From: Deltaproteobacteria bacterium
GTDB lineage: Bacteria; Desulfobacterota; Desulfobacteria; Desulfobacterales; SURF-15
Direction: 5' to 3'
DNA: 56,521 bases
Assembly (NCBI GenBank): GCA_013349495.1
Contig: DUZK01000001.1
Location: 1-56,521, forward strand
In this document: positions 1-12,000 of the stretch, piece after piece
Layout: each line of letters begins with the position of its first letter
Numbering within the stretch: position 1 is the stretch's first letter
Translations under genes and position numbers: made by a program
The notes under the pieces: generated by a model
Seen by the model: the letters and a program-made list of their open reading frames with translations, nothing else
Told to the model about the DNA's origin: nothing
The model's database searches: none

Positions 1-2
1 GC

Positions 3-74
3 ATCCGGGCCCTCGGTGTCTATCTTTGCGAGACCCACGGACCGGAACTCAAACGGTATTACCATCAGCTCCGG
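3..74 (+). other. C-terminal helix of an ACP domain whose start lies off-window
   Basis: IRALGVYLCETHGPEL aligns by eye with the ends of ACP1 (LESLAAFLCEAYADSL) and ACP3 (INRLAAYLAETYGGL). A linker and KS1 follow it. Confidence 0.5.
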
Positions 75-3000
75 CCGGAATCGGAAGATAAGGCATCAGA
101 CGCCGGTCCGGTGATCCAGACGGCGGGTTTACACCCGGTGGCCGAACAGCCGGAAGCCGTTTCCCTGCCGGCCGTATCCGAGGAACCGGTGGCCGTCGTC
201 GGCGCCTACGGGATCTTTCCACAATCAGAAGATCTAAGGGCTTTTTGGGACCATCTGGGGGCAAACCGGGACTTGATCACCGAAGTGCCAAAGGATCGGT
301 GGGACTGGAGCGCCTATCACAAGGGGTCGGCAGATGAAAAAACCTATCTGAAATGGGGTGGATTCATTGCCGGTGTCGACCGGTTCGATCCGCTCTTTTT
401 CAATATTTCACCCCGCGACGCCGAGATGATGGACCCCCAGCATCGTCTGTTCATTCAGACCGTCTGGAAAACCGTGGAAGACGCCGGGTACAGCGCCGCA
501 ACCCTGTCCGGACAATCGGTGGGGCTTTTCGTGGGTGTTCAGCACAACGATTATGTGCACCTGCTGGCAAGCCGGGCCGCGGCGCAGACGGCAACCGGAA
601 CCGGACATGCCATGCTGGCCAACCGCGTCTCCTATTTCATGAACTGGCACGGCCCCAGCGAAGCAGTGGACACCGCCTGTTCCAGCAGCCTCGTGGCGCT
701 GCATCGGGCCGTGAGATCGATTCGAAGCGGAGAGAGTCGACTCGCTGTTGCCGGCGGCGTGAGTCTGATGCTTTATCCCGGAACCATGATCGGTGCGGGT
801 GAACTCGGCGTGCTGTCTCCGGACGGACGATGCAAGACCTTCGACCGGAGCGCCAACGGATACGTCAAAGGAGAGGGGGTGGGGGCGGTGCTCTTAAAGC
901 CCCTGAACAAGGCCGTTGCGGACAACGATCACATATATGCGGTCATCAAGGCGACGGCCGTCAATCACGGCGGCAAGGCGAATTCGCTGACGGCTCCCAA
1001 TTCCGACGCCCAGGCCGCCCTTCTGACGGCTGCATACGAGGCGGCAGGGATAGACCCGGACACCGTGACGTATTTGGAACTGCACGGCACCGGCACCGAG
1101 CTGGGTGATCCTGTGGAAGTGGAGGGGATCAAGAAGGCCTTTTCAGATCTGGCCAAACGGACAGGCCGGCCGATCGAGCGAACCCGTTTCTGCGGACTCG
1201 GCGCAGTCAAGACCAACATCGGGCACCTGGAGCCGGCGTCCGGAATCGCCGGGGTGATAAAGGTGCTGCTTTCCATGGCGCACGGCAAACTGCCCGGAAC
1301 CCCGCATTTAAAAGAGTTGAACCCCTATATCGAACTGGAAGATACCCCGTTTTACGTGGTTGAAAAAACGAAACCCTGGAACCGGTTGGAAGACGGCAAC
1401 CGACGGCCGATACCGCGTCGGGCAGGGGTGAGTTCCTTCGGATTCGGCGGCGCCAACGCGCATGTGGTTCTTGAGGAATATCAAGAACCAGTGTTCAGGG
1501 TTCAGAGTTCAGAGTTCAAGGTTAAACCTCAACTTATAGTATTATCGGCCAAGAACGAAGAACGGCTTCTGGATTATGCCAAAGCGTTATTGCGGTTTAT
1601 GGATGAGTCGGCAAGGATGCCGGAGCCGTCCGAAGAGAAGGCATCTCGGGAACAGACCCGGGAAGCGCTCTCAACGCTGGTGGGTGACATTTTTGAGGTG
1701 GCAGCCAAGGATCTGGATCCGGATGAAACCTTTGAGTCCCTAGGGCTGGATCAAGTCGGATCAATCACTTTGGCGGACAAGGTCAATGAGCGATATGCTT
1801 TGACCGTAAACGCGTCCCATTTCATGGAATATTCGTCTATCAACAGACTGACGCAATACATCATCACAAATCACGCATCGCACATCGAGTATCGAGAATC
1901 GAGTATCAAGAATCGAGTATCAAATATCGAGCATCGAGCATCCAGTATCGAGAACATCGCCTTCACCCTCCAGGTCGGACGCGATGCCATGGCCCATCGG
2001 ATGGCCATGGTGGTTTCAGGTTTCAAAGACCTTCAGGGGAAGTTGACGCAATATATCCGGACTCAAAAAGAAGCAGAAGATCTCTTTCTGGGGAACATTA
2101 AAACGGACGAGGCAAAATCCGAAGGCCTGATCGAGGGGAAAGAAGGGAAAGCCTTTGTCGACAGCATCATAAAGGAGCGGAAGCTGAGTAAACTCGCGCG
2201 GCTGTGGGTATCCGGAACAGCCATCGATTGGATGACACTCTATCCCGACGATAAACCGCGACGGGTTTCGTTGCCCACCTACCCCTTTGCCGAAGACCGA
2301 TTTTGGATACCTGAAAAAGCAGGGGGCATGGCGCATGGGGCAGAGGGGAAAAGCAGCGCCGATCGTCTCCATCCGCTACTGGGAAGCAATACCTCGACGC
2401 TGAAAGAACAACAGTATACGACCCTGTTTACGGGGGAAGAGTTTTATCTTACGGATCATGTGGTGGCCGGGCGGAAGACCCTGCCGGGGGTAGCCTATCT
2501 CGAAATGGCCCGGGCTGCCGCCGAGATGGCGGGTGAACCGGGTATGAACCGGTTGTCGAATGTGGTCTGGATCCGCCCCATCGGGGTGACCGATGCGCCG
2601 CAAACGGTCCATATCCGCTTGATGCCCCAGGGGGAGGCCATCGGCTTTTACGTCGTTACCAAAGACGATGCCGGAAAAGACCGGGTCCACGCACAGGGTA
2701 AGATCTCTTCGGTCGGTTCCGATTCAGGCCCAAGGGATCGCCTCGACATTAAAGCCGTCAAGGCAGATTCCAAGGCAACCCTAAATCGGGACGACTGCTA
2801 CCGGATGTTCCGATCGGCAGGCCTTGATTACGGCCCCGGATTCCGAGTGGTCGAAAAAATATTTCTCACCGGGAAAAAAGCGCTGTCCCGGTGGGTGCTT
2901 CCCGAGGCATATCGGGAAAGCCGCGGGATGTTTGTTCTGCACCCGGCCATAATGGACGGGGCGCTCCAGACGGTGTTGGGATTGATGGGGCAAGTCGCAT

Positions 3001-6000
3001 CCGAAACCCCTTATCTCCCCTATACCATCGGAGAAGTGAAATGGTTTAGACCCCTTGGCTATCAGGGGTATGCCCTCGCCGGTTACGCAGGTAATCCGGG
3101 TTCCGGAGAATTGACCTTTGATATCGATCTTTTGGACGAAACCGGGGCGGTGGCGGTCGGTATGAAAGATTTTACCACAAGAGCCGTTAAACAAAAGACG
3201 GCGGCTCCGGTTCGGATCTATTATAAAGCGGAATGGGAAGCGTCGCCCGTCCGGTCCCATCGCGTCGAACCGGCATCACCGATACTGCTGTTCGATACCG
3301 ACACCGAGCGCCGGGATACCCTCAGTGGGCGGTTGAATACCGGCGTCATACTGGTTCTACCGGGTGAGCGGTATGAGCAGCTGGATGAAAAGACCTACAC
3401 GATTTGTCCCGAAGACCGTAAAGGATACCATCAGGTACTGTCTTGCCTGGCTGAAGCGGGACGCCTTCCGGAATGCATCGTTCACCTCTGGTCCCAGGAC
3501 GAATTTTCACCTGATAAACAAGCACTCGATAGACAGCTCGAACGGGGTTTTTATTCGATCTTCCATATCACACAGGCGTTTCTGGATCGGGTGCCGGCCG
3601 AATCCATCCGGCTCCTGTATCTGTTTCGGGAACCGGCCCACGGGGCCCAGCCCCAATACGCGGCCATGGCCGGATTTGTGAAGACGCTCCGTCTGGAACA
3701 CCCGAAACTGGCGTGCCGGACGATCGGCGTCGCCGAATCCATGTCGATGACCGAGGCGGTGATAACAGAGATACGGGGCGACGGCGGTATGGATATCCGG
3801 TATCGGGACAACCTTCGCTGGGAGCGCCGCCTTGAGACATTCGACCTTTTAGCCGATTCTGACGGCGGCGTCGGGCTGAAAGAAAACGGGGTCTACCTGC
3901 TGACCGGCGGTGCCGGCGGGCTCGGGTTGATCTTTGCCGATTTTCTGGCCCGAAAAACAAAGGCCAGACTCGTTTTGACCGGACGATCGGAATTGGATCG
4001 AACGCAAACCCAACGGATCCAAGCGCTGAATGATGCCGGGGCCCGGGTCATCTACATTCCGACGGATATCGCCCATACCGAGGCGGTGGTTCGGTTAAAG
4101 GACCGGATAAAGGCCCGGTTCGGTGAAATCAACGGCATCCTGCACGCGGCGGGCCTGACCCGAGATGCGACCATCGTAAAAAAGAATCCGGATGAAATGG
4201 CACCCATACTGGCCCCCAAGGTTTTCGGTACGGTATGCCTGGATGAGGTCTTTCAATCGGAACCGATCGATTTCTTCATGATGTTTTCATCGGTCGCGGC
4301 CATGATCGGAAACCCGGGCCAGTGCGATTACGCCTTTGCCAACAGCTTTATGGATCATTTTGTTACCCGGCGGGAGGCGCTGCGTAAAGCCGGAAAGCGG
4401 TATGGAAAGACCCTTTCCATCAACTGGCCCCTGTGGCGGGACGGCGGCATGGGGGTGGACCGCCAGACGGAGACCTTCCTAAAAGAGACCCTGGGAATGG
4501 TTTTGCTCGATTCGTCGGAAGGCTGGGAGGCCTTTGAACAGGGGCTCGCCTCCGGTTCGACCCGGTTTATGCTGATCAAGGGACAGCGCCCGAAGCTTGA
4601 AAGATGGATGGCGTACAAACCGGATGCGTCGTCATCGGTTCAAGGGGAAAGCGATGCCCCGGGGTTACGTGAAGCGGCCGGCAGAGCGTTGCGATCGATT
4701 GTCTCTGAGATTTTGAAGATGGATTTCAATGCCATCGATGCGGATGAAGAGATCAGTACTTACGGATTCGACTCCATCAGTTTTACGGAGCTTGCCAACC
4801 GGATCAACGGCAGCTTGGGCCTTGAGGTCACACCGGCGCTCTTTTTCGAATATACGACCCTGGAGAGTCTGGCGGCGTTTCTGTGCGAAGCCTACGCCGA
4901 CTCCCTGGCAGCCCATTTTCAAGGGAGACGTTCGAAATCCCCATCGATTGAAATAAAGAAATCCCCGTCCCAAAGCCGTTTCCGAATACCGGAGCCGGTT
5001 CCGGATGCCCCCCGGACAGCGGGTGAAATGCCGATTGCCGTGATCGGAATGAGTGCCGTGATGCCCGGATCCGAAAATCCGGAGAAATTCTGGCAACACC
5101 TGACAGCCGGTGACGACCTCATCAACGAGGTCCCGGCCGATCGGTGGGACTGGAAATCGTTGTATGGTGACCCTGCTACAGAGCCGAATAAAACCCGTGC
5201 CAAATGGGGCGGGTTCATTGCGGATGTGGATCGTTTCGATCCCCTCTTTTTCGGGATATCGCCGAAAGAAGCGGAACTCATGGATCCCCAGCAGCGGCTC
5301 TTTCTTGAAACCGTATGGAAAACCATTGAAGATGCGGGATACCGGGCAGCCGATGTCGCAGGGACCGATACCGGTCTGTTTGTGGGTGTGGCGGCCAATG
5401 ACTACGCGGAATTGCTGGGTCGTTGCGCTTCCGAGATCGAAGCGCACACCTCCACCGGTATGTCCCATTCCATGCTGCCGAACCGGATCTCCTATCTGCT
5501 GGACCTTCACGGACCCAGCGAACCCATCGATACGGCCTGTTCCAGTTCCCTTGTGGCCATTCATCGGGCTGTCGAGGCGATCCGAAGCGGCACCTGCGAA
5601 ATGGCCATTGCTGGCGGGGTGAACGTGATACTGACCCCCACGGCCACCATATCCTTTGACAAGGCCGGCATGTTGAGCCCGGACGGCCGATGCAAGACCT
5701 TTGATAAACGGGCCGACGGGTACGTGCGGGGGGAAGGCGTGGGAGCCGTAATGCTGAAGCCGATGGACCGCGCAGTGGCGGACGGAGACTGGATATATGC
5801 GGTGATCCGGGGAACCGCTGTAAATCACGGTGGAAAGGCTAACTCACTTACAGCCCCGAACCCCAAGGCTCAGACGAGCCTGATCGTCAAGGCCTATGAA
5901 CGGGCGAAGATCCCGGCCCATACCGTCGGTTACATCGAAGCCCACGGCACTGGCACATCTCTGGGCGATCCCATTGAAATCAATGCCCTGAAAAATGCCT

Positions 6001-9000
6001 TTTCCGCACTCTATGAGAGGGAAAAAAAGCCGATTCCCGAAGCCCCCTGCTGCGGACTGGGATCGGTGAAGACCAATATCGGGCATCTGGAAACCGCAGC
6101 CGGCATTGCCGGTGTCATCAAGGTGCTCCTGGCCTTGAAACACCGGAAACTGCCGCCGAACATCCACTTTGAGGAACTCAATCCCTATATCGAACTGGTC
6201 GGAAGCCCCTTTTTCATTGTCACTGAAAATCGGGACTGGGAGCCGCCCGTGGATGAAAACGGGAACCGGCTGCCCCGTCGGGCGGGGATCAGCTCCTTTG
6301 GTTTCGGCGGCGCCAATGCGCATGTGGTTCTTGAAGAATATCAAGAACCAGAGGTCAGGGGTGAGGGGTCAGAGGGCAGAGGGCATAGTGCAGAGAGCAT
6401 AGGGCAAGGGGGAAACAAAAGGGAGACCTTAGAAGAATCACAGAGGGAGTCGAGTATCGCGTCCCAGCTCATCGTGCTGTCGGCAAAGAATGAGGAACGG
6501 CTAAGAGAATATGCCAAACGAATGGCGGATTTTCTCGAAATTCAACATTCAAAACTAAAAATTAAAAATTTGAGCATAGCGGATATCGCCTATACCCTGC
6601 AGACGGGCCGGGAACCCTTTGAACGGCGGTTGGCTATTGTGGCAACCGATCTTAAAGATGCCGAAAGCAAACTGAAACAATTTGCCCAGGGCTCAGACGC
6701 CGTTGAGGGGCTGTTCCTGGGGCACACCAAAAGCAGTGGGATCCATACCGACTTGTTGACCAAAGGAGCAGCCGGGGAAGCCTTCCTGCAATTATCCATC
6801 GAGAAAAAGGAATTCCATAATCTCGGACAGCTCTGGGTGTCGGGTATCGATATCGACTGGAACCGGCTCCATGAAAACCTCGCTCCCCGGCGTATACCGC
6901 TTCCCACCTACCCTTTTGCCCGGGAACGATACTGGCTGCCGGTAGCAAAAGGCGCGCCTGCTGCGCCGCCTCCGGTGGTTTCTGCACCCCGCAAAAATGA
7001 TCCCAACAGCGCGCCTGTGGGGATCTTCTTTCGGCGCTTCGGTCAGGGGGCAGCCGATATCCCCCTTGAAAAACGGGTGGAAGCGGGCATTCAAGAGATT
7101 GCCGCAGAGATCGTCAAACTCGATGCGGGACGGCTCGATCCAGAAGAAAGCCTGGGGCTCTTCGGGTTCGATTCCATCACCCTTAAACAACTGAGCAATA
7201 AAATCGGCAGGCTGGTTGAGGTGGAGTTGCCGCCGTCCATTTTTTTCGCCCACGGAACCATCCGGGGATTGAGCCGATACCTGGTCGATACCTTTGGGAA
7301 CAAGATTCGGTCGATATATGGTGACGGTGGCGATTTGACTCCTGTCATACCGGGCACCGAAGACGGCGTCGAGCCCGTTGACACCAAGGCGGCATCCATC
7401 AATGACGCGACTCCGCCGGTAATGCCGGATATCCGGATTCCGGAGGCCGGCCGGTATCATGAACAAGATTTTCCGGTGGCCATCATCGGCGCCCACGGCC
7501 TGTTTCCCGAATCGCAAAACCTGACGGAATTCTGGAATCATCTGGAGGCGGCCGACCACCTCATTGGTGAAGTTCCCAAAGACCGGTGGAACTGGCAGGA
7601 TTTCTCCATCGATCCCGAGACCGGCAAAGAGCGGCCCTATGTCAAGTGGGGCGGATTCATCAAGGATGTGGATAAATTCGATCCCGCGTTTTTCAAGATT
7701 TCTCCCCGGGAAGCTGAGATGATGGATCCCCAGCACCGGCTTTTTACCGAAGTCGTGTGGAAGACCATCGAAGATGCGGGATACGATGCAACCGCCCTTT
7801 CCGACCGATTTATCGGAATCTTTGCCGGGTTGCAGTTCAACGATTACCAGCAGATGCTGGTGCGGCAAAGCAGGGGGGACGCCCAGATATCCACTGGAAC
7901 GGCCAACTCCATGTTGACCAATCGTATTTCATTTTTGATGAACTGGCACGGTCCCAGCGAATCGATCGACACGGCCTGTTCCGGCAGCCTGGTCGCCGTT
8001 CATCGGGCCGTCAAATCGATTCAAACCGGTGAGTGCGAGATGGCCGTTGCCGGGGGGGTGAGCCTGATGCTGTCTCCGGCATCCATGATTGGTGCCGGCA
8101 GCCTCGGCGTGCTCTCCCCCAAAGGCCGCTGCAAGGCCTTGGATAAAGATGCGGACGGATATGTCAAAGGTGAAGGGGTGGGGGCGGTTTTTTTGAAACC
8201 GCTTGATCGGGCCATTGCCGATCATGATCATATCTATGCCATAATCAGAGGGTCTGCGGTCAACCATGGCGGCAAGGCCACCTCGTTGACGGCTCCCAGC
8301 AGCGAAGCGCAGGCCGCCCTCCTGTATGCCGCCTATCGGAATGCGGGGATAGAGGCCGATACCGTTACCTTTCTGGAGTTGCACGGAACCGGAACCGAGC
8401 TGGGAGATCCGGTGGAGATCGACGGTATCAAAAAGGCGTTTGCCCATCTCCTGAACGGAAAAACGCCTGTTTCGGAAACCGATCCGTTCTGCGGGATCGG
8501 TTCGGTCAAGACCAATATCGGGCACCTGGAACCGGCGGCCGGTATTGCCGGGTTGTTTAAACTGATGCTCGCCATGGCGCACGGAAAACTTCCGGCGACG
8601 CTTCATTTAAAAGAACTCAACCCATTGATAAAATTGGAACAAACACCTTTTTACGTTGTGGATCAAACAAGGGCCTGGAAACGGCTCACCGACACCCACG
8701 GCAACCCCATCCCCAGGAGGGCCGGGGTCAGCGCCTTCGGGTTCGGCGGGACCAATGCACACATCATTTTGGAAGAATATGAACAAAATGAGGTCAGAGG
8801 TCAGGGGGCAGAGGTCAGGGATGAGCCTCAGCTCATCGTGCTGTCGGCAAAGAATGAGGAGCGCCTCAGGAAGTATGCAGAGGATATGGTCGAATTCATC
8901 GACCGTCAAAAATCGAAAACCCGCCACACGGACGGCGGACAAGTCGAGAATCGAAAACCCGCCACACATACGGCGGGCAAGTCGAGCATCGAGGACATCG

Positions 9001-12000
9001 CTTATACGCTGCAGGCGGGCCGGCAGCCGATGGCGGAACGACTGGCTCTGGTCGCTTCGACCCTTGAAGAATTGGCGTTAAAACTGAAACGCTTTGCCCA
9101 GGGGCATGACACCGTGGATGAACTTCATCGGGGCACCGTCCGGGTCGGTCAGAGCAGAGCAAGCCTTATGGTGGACGACAAAGAAGGGGAGTCGTATATC
9201 CTAAGCCTCATGAAGGGGTGGAAACTGGGCAAGTTGGCGAAGATGTGGGTCAACGGGGTCGATTTCGATTGGGATCTGCTCCATCCGGACAGGCACCCGT
9301 TCCGTGTTTCGCTTCCCACCTATCCCTTTGCCCGGGAGCGGTATTGGCTGCCCCAGGTTTCTGATGACAAGCGATATCAGACCGTTGAAACGCCCATGCC
9401 AGAGACAGAATCGATACCGGGGGCCGCCCCCGGATCACTCTGTTTCGAGCCCGACTGGAAGCTCTCCGCCATCGATATCGAGTCTGAATCGAAATCGCCC
9501 GGCGGCCCGCTGCTGATCCTGGGCGCCGGCGAGGCCGACAGAGACCTGTTAACGGGGCGCCTGAGCGGGGACATGGTTCTGGTTGTTTCCGGCAGTCGAT
9601 TCAGAAAAATCGATCCCCAAACCTATGAAATCGATCCGGCGGATACGGCCGATTATGAACGGCTGTTTCAGGCCCTGCAACAGAAACACGGCGTTCCGAA
9701 AACCGTGGTGCATCTCTGGGCACTCGATTCGAAGGTCGGGAAAATAGATGCGGATATGGAAACCCAACTCCAAAGGGGGGTATATTCGGTTTTCCTTCTG
9801 CTTAAGGCGATCGCCAACAGTCAATCCGACCCGGATACCCGGATCTTTTTCTTTGGCCCCGATGAACCGGTAAACCCGTTTTTCGAGGCGGTATCCGGAT
9901 ATGGCCGGTCCATCCGGTTCGCCATGCCGAAGGTGAATTTCACGACGGTTCAGGTGAGTGAGGCCGGCAAAGACCTGGCCGACATTATCTGTGCGGAAAT
10001 GACCCGCGAATCCGGGGAGGAATTTCCGGAGGTCCGCTACCGAAAGGGGCAAAGATACATACGGTCTTTCCGCCCCATCGCGTTGGGGACCGAAGGAACC
10101 GGTGTTGGGATCAGGCACAAAGGGGTCTATCTGATTACCGGCGGGGCCGGCGGGTTGGGAATGATACTGGCTCGATATTTAAAGGAAACCTACCGGGCCG
10201 TACCGATCCTTACGGGACGCTCTCCCCTGGCAGGGGAGAAGCACGCACGGCTCGAGGAGATTTTCGGGCCGGAAACGGAAGGGATCTATTTTCAAGCCGA
10301 TATCTCAAACCGTGAACAGATGATAGGCGTCATTGAAACGGTTCGGAAACGGTTCGGTCCCCTAAACGGTGTGATTCATGCGGCCGGCGTATCATCCATC
10401 GCTCCGATCCACATGAAGGATGCGGCGGAGTTTGCAGCCACAGTTAAACCGAAAATCCACGGCACTCTGGTGCTCGACAGTGTCACCCGGGAAGAGCCCC
10501 TCGATTTTTTTATGCTTTTCTCCTCCACGTCGGCCCTTTTGGGAGACTTCGGACAGGGCGATTATGCGGTGGCCAATCGATTCCTGGACGGATTTGCCCG
10601 TTACCGGGAAACGCTCAAGGCTCAGGGAGCCCGCCGGGGTCGAACCCTTTCCATCAATTGGCCCCTCTGGCGGGACGGCGGTCTCCATATGAATCCTGAA
10701 ATGGAGACCTTCTACTTTCAGACGTCCGGGATGACCTTTCTGGAGACGGAAACCGGCCTGACCTTTTTCGAGAGGGTGCTCAAAAGCGAGGCGTGCCAGG
10801 CAGGGGTGATTTCAGGCGATCTCGACCGGATAAGTCGATTTTTAGGGATGGACCGAATGGAAAGGGCGCCGGATGAGGCAATGGATGTTGAAAACGTCGG
10901 AACCGGAAACCTCGTTTCGGACCTCCGGCAAATCGCCGCCCGGGTCTTGAAGACCGATGCCGAAAAACTGGATGCGGACGAAAGCCTGGCCGACTTTGGA
11001 TTCGATTCCATCATGCTGAAACTGTTGGCGGATGACCTGAATGCGGTCTATGGCATCGAGGTCTCTCCCTCCCTGTTTTTTGCCCACCCCACCATCAACC
11101 GATTGGCTGCATACCTGGCGGAAACATATGGCGGGCTGGTTAAGCACCCGGAGCCTAAGCCGATGAAAGCGGCCCGACCCGTTTGGAAGGTTGAGGACGA
11201 AGCCGACTTTTCCGCCACGGCCGGAGATACAACCGATTTATCCCATGAACCGATCGCCGTTGTGGGCATGCACGGCGTCTTTCCGGGCTCCCGGAATCTT
11301 AGCGAGTTTTGGAAGCATCTTGAGAACGGAATAAATCTTGTCAGCGAAATTCCAAAAGACCGGTGGGACTGGCGGGACTATTTCGGTGATCCCACCCTTG
11401 ATCCGGGCAAGACCGATTCCAAGTGGGGCGGGTTCATCACCGATATGGACAAATTCGATCCCCGGTTTTTCAAGATCTCCCCTCGGGAAGCCGAAATGAT
11501 GGATCCCCAGCACCGGCTCTTTATCGAAACCGTCTGGAAGGCGGTGGAAGACGCCGGCATTCGGGCGTCTTCATTATCCGGGGCCATTGTGGGGGTCTTT
11601 GCCGGGCTGCAATTCAAGGATTACGAGCAGTTGATGGCCAAAGGGAACCAAAGCAACGCCTATTCGGGAACCGGGATCGCCATGGCCATGCTGGCCAACC
11701 GGGTGTCCTATCTGATGAACTGGCATGGCCCCAGCGAGACCATCGACACGGCCTGTTCCAGCAGCTTGGTTGCAGTCAACCGGGCGGTCAAATCGCTGCG
11801 CAACCGGGAGTGCGATATGGCCGTTGCCGGAGGCGTGAGTCTGCTCCTGTCCCCATTGACTCTTATCGGGGCGAGTCAACTCGGTGTGTTGTCTCCGGAC
11901 GGGCGATGCAGAACCCTCGATAAGCGGGCCAACGGGTACGTTAAGGGAGAAGGGGTGGGGGCGGTGCTGTTGAAACCGCTGAGCCGGGCCATGGCCGACG

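Noticed and set aside
111-113. GTG at 111 as the start codon of the first PKS gene (as in the ORF track)
   Set aside because: The same frame is open back to nt 3 with no stop. Those 36 codons look like the end of an ACP plus an inter-domain linker, so the gene almost certainly starts off-window.
4665-5828. Long antisense and alternative-frame ORFs inside the PKS genes. Examples: 4665-5828 (-), 6792-7868 (-), 7929-8606 (-), 11574-12161 (-), 12804-13706 (-), 15937-16521 (-), 16600-17376 (-), 353-802 (+).
   Set aside because: All lie entirely within, or opposite to, frames with unambiguous KS/KR/DH/ACP motifs. Their translations are Arg/Gly/Pro-rich low-complexity sequence typical of shadow ORFs in GC-rich DNA, and none has an RBS context.
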